A stretch of DNA of 40,876 bases from Octopus bimaculoides (GCF_001194135.2 NC_068987.1:51350142-51391017), one strand, 5' to 3'. Positions 11,581 to 23,744 are shown, counted from the stretch's first letter. The notes: generated from the sequence alone by a model not told the origin. Numbers and translations: made by a program.

Positions 11581-13436
11581 TCTATAAATGTATATGTATA
11601 TTGGAGGGTATTAGTAAGTGTGGTTACTTACACAGTAATGCTATTAACAATTTAAAAGAGATCATATAATGTTGGTGTAAATATTTGGCATGTAGAGTTA
11701 TTATTGCTACTTAGGACATTCCAGTACTTACATTTTAATGCTCCTTTCCTACTTGTCAAATTCCATGACCGGATTGGTTTGAAGAAGCATTCTCTTTCTT
11801 TGTCCGGAGATGGATAATTGTTCTCTTACGTACGAGAGGGTGATCTAGAGACAACAAACAATCACAGTAACACGCATATCATGCACACACAAACTCCCTT
11901 TTCTCTCACTGTATGTGTGTGTCACTTTATCTGTCTATCTCTGTCTGTCTTTCTCTCTTTGTCTGTCTGTCTCTCTCTGTGTCTATCTGTCTCTCTCTCT
12001 GTCTATCTGTCTCTCTCTGTATCTGTCTGTTTCAGTGTCTCTGTGTCTGTCTGCCACCCACCACAGAAATTACTTTGTCCTAATGTATTTAGAGAGAATC
12101 ATTTTTAAACTGTGAAAATGTTGGATCGCCGTAGTTCAGTGTTCTAGAGAGGGAGAGAGAGAGATGTGATGACACTGATGAATGTGTGGTGGTTGAGTCT
12201 TTTCACGGGTATTTAAATTCACTTTGAAAAAAAAAGGTCCAAAACAATTTATTTCTTGTTAAAAAAATATGTTTAGTCCATACCAATTAATTATGAATCT
12301 ACCGCGTTCCAGTAATGTATCTGGTTCAATCAATAATGATCGAAGCAGTCTTAAGAAATGGATAACCACCCTTTCATGCTATATCCGCCTGCGGCAGAAC
12401 GCGCACTGTCATGACATATTTGCCTCCATAGTATGAATCTGTTATTGGACATACGTCATGGACATATGTTAGTTTTACCAGCCTAGTTTTACCGTGCTGG
12501 CTTAGGTCACGTAGGAAAAGGATATTAATTGTGAAGTATTCCTTCTCCTAGATTGAGTGTTTCCCCATAGCTCAGGAGCTCAATCTAGCCTAACAAGACT
12601 CTATTTAATATTTAATCGATAAATGATTTCCTTCATCTTTTTCAAAATCTATTCTCAGCAAAAGATATTTATGTAAAATATAAACTGCCACAAAAGCACT
12701 TTGCTGGAGGAGTGGATAATACGCGTAACATTAATATAGACGTAAAATAAATTATCATGAAACTCAGTAAACTATAAATTGTTGTTATATCAGCTTAGAT
12801 TAGGGACCGTGGTTATGGCTGATATTCTGACCACCTTGGTTATACGATATTAATTTCATTTTAAAAGAAAGAAGGTGCCAAATCCAAATGAGGTAACTTT
12901 CACAGTATTTATCTTAACTGTTAGTAAAGCATTCAGTGGTCATTTGCTGAATCTCTTGCTGACATACGTAGGATGCATAGTAGCATTAGAGTTTCAATGT
13001 GAATTTAGATCAGGTAGAGGTACCATATACAAGATCTTTACCATTAAATGACAGACCTTTATAGACTCACACATTAACCAAGTTTTTGCCGATCTAACGA
13101 AAAACTTTCAATTAAGAATGGTAAACTTACACGTATTGATTACATGCATTTCTAGTTAACATAGAAGCCGGTGTGATATTGTTCGTTGTGCTAAAAATAG
13201 TAGCAAAAATCATCCTCAAACCACTTTCTACCATTTTAAAGGAGGAACACATCGAGTAATATCACTCAGGGAATACTTTGCTTGGATGACAATGTTGAAT
13301 TGTTAATTATAGTACTGCATTTTGTAAATTTTTCATTAAAAGGAGCTGACTCGTCTCTAACAAAAACAACACAGCAAATGATATCCTTCCTTTGATTATT
13401 TTCATATCGTAATACATGGCCTCATATACATATATA

Positions 13437-14717
13437 TTGAGATGGCAACTAAGTTCCCGCCGTTTCTTTTTTTTTAATTTGGGAATTTTTTGGGTTTTTA
13501 AACTTTGAAATCTATTTTTTTTCGAGAATTTTTGAATAATTTTGGAATCTATTTTGTCTTTTTCTAGTTAAGTTTAGTTAATTTTTGTTTATTTTCAAAT
13601 CATTAAAATGGAATGTGAAGTTAAGAAAAACAAATACTTTCGACACCTCTTTTTTGCTTTTAATCAAGGTTCGAAGGCCGCAGAAGCTTCTCGCGACATT
13701 TGTGCTGTGTATGGAAAGGGTGCCATAGCTGAAAGAACCGCTTGTGATTGGTATGCTAAGTTCAAAAATGGAAATGTTGATCTCAAAGGCGCACTTCGTT
13801 CTTGGTCGTCTAGTTGAGTTCGATGAAGAGCGATTAAACCAACTTTTGCACGAAAATTCTTGTCAATCGACAAGGGAACTGGCAGAGAAAATGGAATGCT
13901 CCAACACTGCTATGGAGAAGCATCTTCACTCGATGGAAAAGGTTCAAAAGCATGGAGCATGGGTTCCGCATGCTTTACGTGACAACAACAAAAACCAACT
14001 AACCACAATCTCCGTTGGTTCGCTTGCTAGTCATCGCTCAACTCATGGACACAAGCAAGGATTTATTTAACAAATCGTTAATGGCGACGAAAAATAGTGC
14101 CTATACTTCAATATGCGGCAGCGTAAGGAATATGAAGCCTCGGTAAACAACCGACACCGCGCGTGAAACAAGATCTTCATCCGCGTAAAACGATGTTGTG
14201 CGTATGGTGGGACTGGGAAGGGATTGTCCATTACGAATTGCTGGAACGGAACCAAACGGTCAACGCGGAACTCTATGTTCAACAGATGGAACGACTCAAC
14301 ACAGCTATTCGAGAGAAAAGCATGGAGTTATTCTGCTGCAGGACAACGCCCGCCCTCATATCTCAAATATGACCAAGAAGCCATTCAAACGCATGGGTAG
14401 TGCTACCACAACCGCCGTACTCTCCTGATTTGGTACCAATGGAGTTCTACCTCATTCGATCTCTTTTAAATGCTATGCGCGGAGTTTCGTTGAATACTGA
14501 TGCAGAATGACGGGCTTGGTTGGATCACTTTTTCTAGACGAAATCGGGTGATTTCTACCAACGAGATATTGAAAATCTTGTTGTCTTGTTGAACGTTGCG
14601 AAGCAGTTGTAAACAACAAGAATGAATACATTACTCATTAATTAGTTGTTATTTTTTGCTAAATGTTTAAAACAATTTCAATTTAAAAGAACGACGGGAA
14701 CTTAGTTGCCAACCCAA
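13437..14717 (+). mobile_element. Full-length (1281 bp) mariner with TIRs and TA TSD; transposase pseudogene
   Basis: Left TA+ttgagatggcaactaagttcccgccgtt; right aacgacgggaacttagttgccaacccaa+TA. ORF pieces MECEVKKNKYFRH..ICAVYG..WYAKFKNG (13608), STRELAEKM..WVPHAL, LHPRKTMLCVWWDWEGIVHYELLERNQTVNAELYVQQM, LLQDNARPH. Several stops and frameshifts. Confidence 0.97.
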
Positions 14718-14719
14718 TA

Positions 14720-15160
14720 TCACACAACACACAACACCACATCACATCACACCACCACGCGCACACTAGCACTGACCACTTCCCAGCCCCACACAATCAT
14801 CCACACACCTACACATGCACACACGCACATGTCTAGGTCACCAGCCCTCTTCCACGCGCAAATAATGCTCTTTTATACACACGCATGTGCACCTTCGTTT
14901 CGGGATCACCACAGCATTATTATCTCCCCTTCTTCCTAGCTCTCCTGTGTGAACCTTCTGTCCGGCATTCACCATGATAGGTCACTAGACACTACACATT
15001 CTTCATTTTCTCTCCCTGTTTCTTTCTCTGTTCCTTTCAGTTGAATAGCGTAGACTCGAAACGTTAAAGACTTTTTCACTTCCCGAGGGTTAAACTAATA
15101 TATCTGTTTGTTGCCTACACCACCTATCTTCGCCTTTTGTTTTTTGTGAATTCTCCCTAT
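14720..15160 (+). mobile_element. PLE 3' UTR/pseudo-LTR fragment ending in (TA)n
   Basis: Homologous to 18770-19095 (cacactagca..acttccca; ttttgggatcac..atctcc..ttcttcctagctc; ttctctccctgttt), which follows a GIY-YIG C-terminus. Ends ttctccct(AT)n, like the PLE at 23-2035. Confidence 0.7.
15034..15069 (+). ncRNA. Putative decayed minimal hammerhead-ribozyme variant
   Basis: cttt-cagttgaa-tagcgtagactc-GAAA-cgt-t-aaag: stem I cttt/aaag, palindromic ACGT stem III, disrupted stem II, non-canonical core. Confidence 0.4.
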
Positions 15161-17878
15161 ATATATAGATAGATAGATAGATCGATAGATAGATCGATAG
15201 ATAGATACATGCATACACACATATATATATATGCATCCATATATATATACACATATATATATGTATGTAAGTATAAATAAATAGATAGATACATTCTTAC
15301 ATGTATACATACATCTGCATACGCATATATTCATACATATATACGTCCATAAATGCATAGATACATACATAAAGTTTTGTGTATGTGTGTGTGTCTTGTG
15401 TGCGTATGTGTGTGTGTGTGTGAGTGCGTGTGTATACGCATTATTTATTACTTGAAGTAGTGCTGGACCTAACGTACTAAACTGTTGGTACAACAATCAG
15501 GATATATAATTATCGACATTCTACATTGGAATAAGTCCAGTAGAAAGATGCATTGGCACAATAACAGCAAGGTTAATTTGTAGAAACTATTAACGCAATC
15601 ATTGCTTGTTTGATTTTTTGACACCAATTGTGTCCCTTCATTGATCACTAATATGAAAAATGAAATAGCGTACAGGCTGTCACTACCCAAGTTATTTTAT
15701 TCAATTGCAATGTATATTCGATGATACTATTCATCGACATTTTCTTATTTTTAAAAATCGCGCTGATTGGTTGGTATTTTTCTAGTTGCCTCGATCCTAT
15801 GGACGCACTGTCGTTAGTTGGGAGGTTGTTATTTAAAAATAAGGTCGACAAAGTGGTTTTTCTATAACTTTATGAGAATATAGGTAATCATCTATAATGT
15901 TACTATGTGGGTCGTTAAGAAGCAACAAGAATACCAATAAAATCAATATTCGTGCCTAACGAACACCATTTCCATTCATTGCATTTTCGGTAAAATAATT
16001 CTAAATGTGCATCCTTTGAATCAAAGAGATGATACGTACCGGTCCTGAAGCGCTTTCGCAAATTTCCATTGTAACTATATCACACCCTACACTGTACTAT
16101 TTATTTCGACACCTCTCCATTGTAAATGGTGCATCTTTATTTTTCTAAACATACTAACTATCGAATCGCTCGAATATTCATAAGACGATATGGCTACCCA
16201 AAGTCTGCAAAATATAAGTGACCCTTGAGGTATGTGAAAGCAGAGAGCTATAGTTAAATATATTCTTTGGTATTTCAGGCATTGATTTTGGATTCAGTAA
16301 GCTAAAAACCTAATTCATGTGAGAGCTGCATATCAAATATATATTGTAATTTTTCTTATAAGAATTACCTTATATCTATCTGAAATACACCTGTTCTAAT
16401 TGCTTTTCATATTAATTTAGATATTTGTCTTAATTGAAATATAGTAACAGAAATTAGATTTCATTTGATAATTGTATTATTATAGCTTTAATATACAAAT
16501 GTGTATTCCATACTTGCCTATACAAATATTGGTTTAACAAAACGGAAGGATAAAATCATTTACCAAAGTATAAAGGATTCTAGAAACTCGTCTAGTAAAA
16601 TTTTCTATTCTTTTAGTTACATGAACAAACCATTTTTGTTAAAAATATTTTAACTGATATTTTGTATTGATATACCAAACATGTTTTGCATTAAAGTGTG
16701 CTGCGAGAAAAAGAGAGGGAGAGAGAGAGAGAGAGAAGGACAGACAGACAGAGGAAGGAAGATGGAGAGAGACGAAGAGAAAATTATTACAAGATGAATT
16801 GTGTACTACGCAGTGTATATTCAATTACTATATACATGTTAATCCTAGTTAGTATGCAAAAGCGAAATATAATCCTTTACGGAAGAGGAAATTGTTGACG
16901 TGGCTTAAGTAAGAAAAAAATCAAGCAAAACGATGAAAATTCATCATTTCCATAATGGTTTTGCTCTGAAAATTGAAAAGAGTTAAAAATCTACTTCAGA
17001 TCTTTTGTTCTCTATTTTGACTTTTAAATCTTCATATCCATGTAATGTATTCAATGACTGAAAAGAAAATGATACATGAAATGAAATGAAATGAATGAAA
17101 AAAGTTGAAATTTTACGAAATAATAATAAAAAAAATAATTAAGTAAATTACTTAAACAAAGTAAAATAAATGAAAAAAGGATATAACTTTTATTTTTATA
17201 TTGGATACCCAAGGCCGACTAACGCATCAATTATAATTAAGATTCACTCTTAAAAATGATTGTCGTCTTTTGTTACTCATTTTTACAAAGTATCGTTTTC
17301 AATATCGTCTGCCTCATTCATATCCGTTATCGATTTGATTGCTGCTTTGTTTGGTCAAATCAACTGGCGAAATGTCTTAGAAATATGATTCATTTCTTTA
17401 TAATCTTTCTTCTGTGAATACTTCAATTAATAACGACTTGCTAAAGAACAAAAGTTNNNNNNNNNNNNNNNNNNNNNNNNNNNNNNNNNNNNNNNNNNNN
17501 NNNNNNNNNNNNNNNNNNNNNNNNNNNNNNNNNNNNNNNNNNNNNNNNNNNNNNNNNNNNNNNNNNNNNNNNNNNNNNNNNNNNNNNNNNNNNNNNNNNN
17601 NNNNNNNNNNNNNNNNNNNNNNNNNNNNNNNNNNNNNNNNNNNNNNNNNNNNNNNNNNNNNNNNNNNNNNNNNNNNNNNNNNNNNNNNNNNNNNNNNNNN
17701 NNNNNNNNNNNNNNNNNNNNNNNNNNNNNNNNNNNNNNNNNNNNNNNNNNNNNNNNNNNNNNNNNNNNNNNNNNNNNNNNNNNNNNNNNNNNNNNNNNNN
17801 NNNNNNNNNNNNNNNNNNNNNNNNNNNNNNNNNNNNNNNNNNNNNNNNNNNNNNNNNNNNNNNNNNNNNNNNNNNNNN

Positions 17879-17929
<51 letters not shown>
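17879..17929. repeat. (GA)n microsatellite
   Basis: Direct inspection. Confidence 0.97.
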
Positions 17930-17933
<4 letters not shown>

Positions 17934-18078
17934 CTTTTTTTCAGTTTCCGTCTACCAAATTCACTCACTAGACTTTGGTCGGCGCGAGGTTATAGGCTGT
18001 ATTACACAATGTGCCAAGCAGTGCGACTGAAACTAGAACCATGTGGTTGAGAAGGAAGCTTCTTACCACACAGCCACC
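17930..18078 (-). mobile_element. tRNA-derived SINE head (family A)
   Basis: Reverse complement reads gtggctgtgtggtaagaagcttcc...atggttctagtttcagtcgcactgc...gaatttggtagacggaaactgaaa. Confidence 0.88.
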
Positions 18079-18519
18079 TATGAAAATATGTCCCTTGCTG
18101 TCCATCGGCGGAAAGGTGGTACATATACAATAAAATATAGTTAATTCGTAATTCCCAGCACCCACATCTTGCAATTGAGAATCTAGACGGAATAGGTATA
18201 CTATAACTAGGTTCGAAGTTTTCGTGTAAATACAGTTTGGCAATATTGATTTAACTTGTGTATGTTATATCGTCAGAGGAATAGCATGCCATTTCGTGAA
18301 CAGATCAATATCATATACAGAGCAAGTATCACAACATTGACCACGTGCAGCTATAAATATTTCTCAAATACAAAAGGAATATATCATCAGTCATATATTA
18401 TTACAAAACTTCTCGTGAAAGCCTTTAAAGCGGTAAATTTTATTACTATGTGGGGTAAAATAATTAAGTTTATTAAATCATATTTCGCAATGGTCTAAGA
18501 AAGCCTTGCCTATACTTGG

Positions 18520-19100
18520 AAAGGAGGCAACCGGACTCCCCTTTCAATGTGAACAGGAATTACTCTTCCCTCTTCGCTACTTCGCGCCACATGCGATCCA
18601 GACCCCTCCTCTCTTAATCTGACACCTATTTCCTCTCTTCAAAGCTACCACCTCTCTTCTCTTGCCCTGACATCTACTTCCTCTGTTAACTCTACCTATT
18701 TCCTCCCTTACCCCACCTCCAACCTCACCCCACCCNNNNNNNNNNCACATCTCACCCTCACATCCCCACACCCCAACACCACCACACCACACCACATCAC
18801 ACCACACTACACAACACCACTCTGCACACACTAGCAAAGACAACTTCCCATCACCCACACCATAATCCACGCACACACATACACACTCTCACATACACAC
18901 ACGCACGCGCAACAAACTTTTTGGGATCACTAGTACTTTATCATCTCCTCTTCTTCCTAGCTCGCATATCTAACTACCCTTGCCCAACCAGTCGCCATAA
19001 TTCACCGCTAACTCCACAAGTTTCTTTTTATTCTCTCCCTGTTTATTTCCTCGTGTTGCTTTCTCTTGAAGAGCGTGGGCTTGAAACCTTCAAAATCATT
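18520..19100 (+). mobile_element. PLE 3' end: GIY-YIG C-terminus + pyrimidine/CA-rich 3' UTR + hammerhead-like motif
   Basis: 18551-18598 translates EQELLFPLRYFAPHAI (RExxxIFxLxTxxPxGLN-type terminus). Downstream sequence is homologous to 14720-15070. Motif ctttctcttgaagagcgtgggcttgaaacc at 19059-19088. Confidence 0.65.
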
Positions 19101-19249
19101 CGCAGGGAGAATATATGAATTCTGAAGAGGAACTCAGAAAAGTACTGGAGGTGCATTTTTCGTCATGGACAACTGAAGTTTGGAAGACGGGCCTTGTAAG
19201 TCTACCAGATAGATAGAAAGGTAAAAGTATAAATATACATATATATGAT

Positions 19250-19285
<36 letters not shown>

Positions 19286-19339
19286 CAGATAAAAAAAAAT
19301 ATATATATAAGTATACATATTTGTGTATCCATACATATA

Positions 19340-19370
<31 letters not shown>

Positions 19371-21119
19371 TGAATCATATCAATACACACACACACAAAC
19401 ACACAGACACACATAGGCAGACACACACACACACACATACACACACACACACACACATACACACACACACACNNNNNNNNNNNNNNNNNNNNNNNNNNNN
19501 NNNNNNNNNNNNNNNNNNNNNNNNNNNNNNNNNNNNNNNNNNNNNNNNNNNNNNNNNNNNNNNNNNNNNNNNNNNNNNNNNNNNNNNNNNNNNNNNNNNN
19601 NNNNNNNNNNNNNNNNNNNNNNNNNNNNNNNNNNNNNNNNNNNNNNNNNNNNNNNNNNNNNNNNNNNNNNNNNNNNNNNNNNNNNNNNNNNNNNNNNNNN
19701 NNNNNNNNNNNNNNNNNNNNNNNNNNNNNNNNNNNNNNNNNNNNNNNNNNNNNNNNNNNNNNNNNNNNNNNNNNNNNNNNNNNNNNNNNNNNNNNNNNNN
19801 NNNNNNNNNNNNNNNNNNNNNNNNNNNNNNNNNNNNNNNNNNNNNNNNNNNNNNNNNNNNNNNNNNNNNNNNNNNNNNNNNNNNNNNNNNNNNNNNNNNN
19901 NNNNNNNNNNNNNNNNNNNNNNNNNNNNNNNNNNNNNNNNNNNNNNNNNNNNNNNNNNNNNNNNNNNNNNNNNNNNNNNNNNNNNNNNNNNNNNNNNNNN
20001 NNNNNNNNNNNNNNNNNNNNNNNNNNNNNNNNNNNNNNNNNNNNNNNNNNNNNNNNNNNNNNNNNNNNNNNNNNNNNNNNNNNNNNNNNNNNNNNNNNNN
20101 NNNNNNNNNNNNNNNNNNNNNNNNNNNNNNNNNNNNNNNNNNNNNNNNNNNNNNNNNNNNNNNNNNNNNNNNNNNNNNNNNNNNNNNNNNNNNNNNNNNN
20201 NNNNNNNNNNNNNNNNNNNNNNNNNNNNNNNNNNNNNNNNNNNNNNNNNNNNNNNNNNNNNNNNNNNNNNNNNNNNNNNNNNNNNNNNNNNNNNTATATA
20301 TATACTGCAGAAAACGTTTAATAAAAATGTTTATGATGTGAATAAATCTCCATTCTACGCTACCTTATCAATGTTATTAAAAACTCTACGGAATATTTGC
20401 AGTTCTCAGTAGGAACACAGGATTACTTACCGAGTGAAATTTACCTGTCACAATATCTCTTTTAAGCTTGAGTACTATGCAATGGACTGCTGCGTATAGC
20501 CTGTATCAATAACAAGTTGAGAGATAATATGGTATCTATCAAGACCACTTTTCCCATTTATATACTGTGTATGCGTGTGTGTATGTGCGTGTGTGTGTGT
20601 GTGTGTGTAGGAAAGCATTACCAACGAAAAACGCATAAGTATATGTAAGAAACGAAGTAAGAAGTTTGAAGATGAGTCATAGTTTTTAGTTGAACAAATA
20701 TTTATTAACTGTTGCAGAGAAAAAGTGACTATAACCGATGTCCTTTCTCCTGACTTCTACAGGTGAAGGATTCAGAAACTCAGTCACATTCAGGTGTTAT
20801 CAGCTTATGTCCCACATTACTTTGAGTTATTGTCTTTTATTGTAACTGTTTGGAGCGAAATGTTTACAGTGAATTTGGATAAATTGTAACTGATTATACG
20901 ACAGCCCGGTAGATGGCTTTGTAATTCAAAAGCGACCTTACCACGTACTGTGCGGCACTGATTTTGCTTCTGTATTAAGTTAAAAAGGGACATCTGTGGT
21001 TCATTCACCTCCATAGGCAACAACTCAATCAGTATATGGTCCAGCTGATAATAAAACCAGCTGGAAATGTCATCAACATGGATGGAGGATCCATTAAGTG
21101 ACTCAATATAATTATTATC

Positions 21120-21721
21120 GGATCTTTTTTAAAACGGGGGCCACATTTTTCATTAACGAAACACTTTGAAACTTGGAACACTGGTAGAATGTGTCATATA
21201 AAACATCTTTTTCTCTTAGTCTTCTTAAAAAAAAAAGAAATCCATATATTATTCCATGTTAAAGTTGTCGTATTTCTGTAATTTCAACCAATCACTGACG
21301 TCCATTCAGCCGATATACATTAAGTGCCGACTACATAAACAAACGATTCTGAAACAATTAACCCTAACCCTAACCCTAACTCTAACCCTAACCCTAACCC
21401 TAGGGTTAGAGTTAGGGTTAGGGTTAGGGTTAGGGTTAGGGTTAGGGTTAAAGCAAATTTAAAATGAAAAAAGCAAATAAAACGAAGAATCGTTTGTTTA
21501 TGTAGTCGGCACTTAATGTATATCGGCTGAGTGGACGTCAGTGATTAGTAGAAATGATCGAAATAAGACAATTTTTTACATGAAATAAATTCGAATACAA
21601 AAATATTTTTCTGTTCTATAACACAAAATAGATAAGTATACGAAGTTTGAAAGTCTTTCGGTACCAAAAACACTACGTAAAACATTAATGAAAAATGTGG
21701 CCCCCGTTTTAAAAAAGATCC
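21120..21721. mobile_element. Non-autonomous foldback DNA transposon (MITE-like; Merlin-like ends), 602 bp
   Basis: Perfect 37-bp TIR ggatcttttttaaaacgggggccacatttttcattaa (21120-21156 / 21685-21721). 8-bp TSD ttattatc (21112-21119 / 21722-21729). Inner 61-bp inverted repeat with 60/61 identity (21290-21350 / 21486-21546). No coding capacity. Confidence 0.9.
21359..21450. repeat. Palindromic interstitial telomeric repeat (TAACCC)7 then TAGGG-TTAGAG-(TTAGGG)6-TTA
   Basis: Direct inspection; centre CCCTAGGG at 21398-21405. Confidence 0.97.
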
Positions 21722-22900
21722 TTATTATCTTGGGGGCTAATGTAATGGCGAATAAAATGTTCAAGTAATATAGAATGATGCAAAAGGTTTGTAATGCTCT
21801 GTGATGCACTTTTATTTCAATGCAAGCTGCTCATGACATCAGGTTACCAAGAAACAAGAAATGCAATGCTATGTTTACTTTAATTATCTATTTATATATT
21901 GTATGATTAGCCTTCATTGTAATTTCATGTGCACGTAAAAGATATTTCCTTTACTGTGTTTTGTGAGTGCCTGTTTATCCAATATTTACGTTATAAAGCA
22001 ATGCATTACTTTTAACGTTACTTTCAGACTTTATCCAGGATAGTAGGAAAATGAATGATTTCTCTTTGAAACTTATTTTGAATAATACTTCTTTATCTAG
22101 AATATTAAAATAAGGAAAAGAAAAATTGTCCACTTGTGGCCGATCTCCGAATACGAGTAACGGAATATATAATTATATTTTCCAAAACAATAAAAACTAA
22201 TTTCTTTCATATATAAGTGGAAATATAGCGTTTCATGACCTGCTGTTGGTGTTTTTTTCATTTCTTTCTCCCCTGTAACAAGGAGACTCACTGGTTGCTA
22301 GCTCTTCCTATTTACATGTAAATATACGTTATATTTAACATAACTTATGAGCATACACACATTCTCTAAATGATATACAAAATAATTGACAAGTGCAGAG
22401 ATTTAGTTGAAATTTATCGAAATTAATCCGAAATTTCGTTTAACTACATACGTTTTCATTAATACGATGTCACTTTGCAATTTTATAGTGTTTAACTAAA
22501 TCTAGTAATTGATTTAAAATGATTAAACTTGATTAATATTCATTGCATTTGATTATTATGGTACTAATTTTCGAGATAAATGTAATAAATGACAGCTGCT
22601 TACCTAATTTCTAATGCTGACAACTGCACAAAATTTAATAATCATGAGGAGCAATTGGCATGTTATAAAAATTGCGGTAAAATCTAATAACTTGAGGTTT
22701 CTTAAGTTGCTGTGTTATTAAGTGTCTGTAAGAATCTTATCTAGTCAGACATTAAAAGTTAAAATTCAAGATACTGAAAGTTAAACATTCCAATTTTTAG
22801 TACATACTTACATAAGTACATACAAGTATACATACATACACTCATACATACCTACATGCATATATACACACAAACATACACACACATGTCACACACAGAG

Positions 22901-22908
<8 letters not shown>

Positions 22909-22999
<91 letters not shown>

Positions 23000-23017
23000 G
23001 ATAGATAGATAGATATA
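22909..23017. repeat. (CA)n/(TA)n/(TAGA)n microsatellite
   Basis: Direct inspection. Confidence 0.96.
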
Positions 23018-23405
23018 GGCGCAGGCGTGGCTGTGTGGTAAGAAGCTTGCTTACCAACCACGGGATTCCGGGTTCAATCCCAGTGCGTGGCAACTTGGGC
23101 AAGTACCTTCTACTACAGCCTCTGGCCTGCCAAACCCTTTTGAGTGGATTTCGGAAACTGAAATTGGAAGAAGCCCGTCGAATATATATATGTATATATT
23201 TATTTGTGTGTGTGTGTGTGTGAGTGTCCGTGTTTAATCCCCCACCATCGCTTAACAACCGATACTAGTGTGCGTATGTCCCCGTAACTTAGCGGTTCGG
23301 CAAAACTTACTAATAGAAAAAGTACTAGGCTTACAATGAATAAGTCCTGCAGTCGATTTATTCAACTAAAAGCGGTGCTCTAGCTGAAACAAGTCAAACA
23401 ATAAA
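23018..23405 (+). mobile_element. Full-length tRNA-derived SINE (family A) with internal microsatellite
   Basis: ggcgcaggcgtggctgtgtggtaag (A box TGGCTGTGTGG), B box ggttcaatccc at 23071-23081, body ...gaagcccgtcg, TA/TG spacer, module ccaccatcgcttaacaaccgat...cccgtaacttagcggttcggcaaa, tail ...gcggtgctc...gaaacaagt. Confidence 0.92.
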
Positions 23406-23564
23406 ATAATAACAGAAAGTGTATATATCCATATATATTGTTATATTTCGGAATGGTCCTTTTGCTCTTGCCATAACACAGACACTATACATTCGTTCTG
23501 CACTCATTTATTATTGTTCTTATTTTAACTTATGTCCATTGTCTGGTAATATTTAAATCTTTTC

Positions 23565-23735
23565 ACGCCGTAGCGGTATTTCGTTTGTCTTTACGTTTAA
23601 ATTCATCCGAGGTCGACTTTGCCTTTTATCATTTCGGGATCAATAAATTAAGTATGATTTGCGTACTGGGGTCGATCTAATCGACTGACCCCCTCCTCCA
23701 AAATTTCAGGTCTTCTGCCTGAGTAGAAAAGAATA
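23565..23735 (+). mobile_element. tRNA-derived SINE (family B), 5'-degraded
   Basis: gtatttcgtttgtctttacgtt...ccgaggtcgactttgcctttt...gtactggggtcgatctaatcgact. Confidence 0.85.
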
Positions 23736-23744
23736 TTTAATTCT

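Noticed and set aside
12480-12595. Possible RTE-LINE-tail-related repeat remnant
   Set aside because: The resemblance is from memory only and there is no second copy in the window to support it.
15469-15851. Two overlapping hydrophobic minus-strand ORFs suggestive of a membrane protein
   Set aside because: No recognisable motif, different frames and no convincing splice sites.
16185-16300. Canonical-looking donor (GAG|gtatgt at 16230) and acceptor (tttcag| at 16278)
   Set aside because: The upstream exon has stops in all three frames and the intron would be only 49 nt.
21359-21450. Relic of an ancestral telomere-telomere chromosome fusion
   Set aside because: A fusion gives (TTAGGG)n followed by (CCCTAA)n. 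Here the order is reversed and the tract sits inside a TIR/TSD-bounded element.
23018-23095. tRNA gene (A and B boxes present; also at 6700, 9110-9197 and 18000-18078)
   Set aside because: No complete cloverleaf, and each continues into a shared SINE body, so these are tRNA-derived SINE heads.
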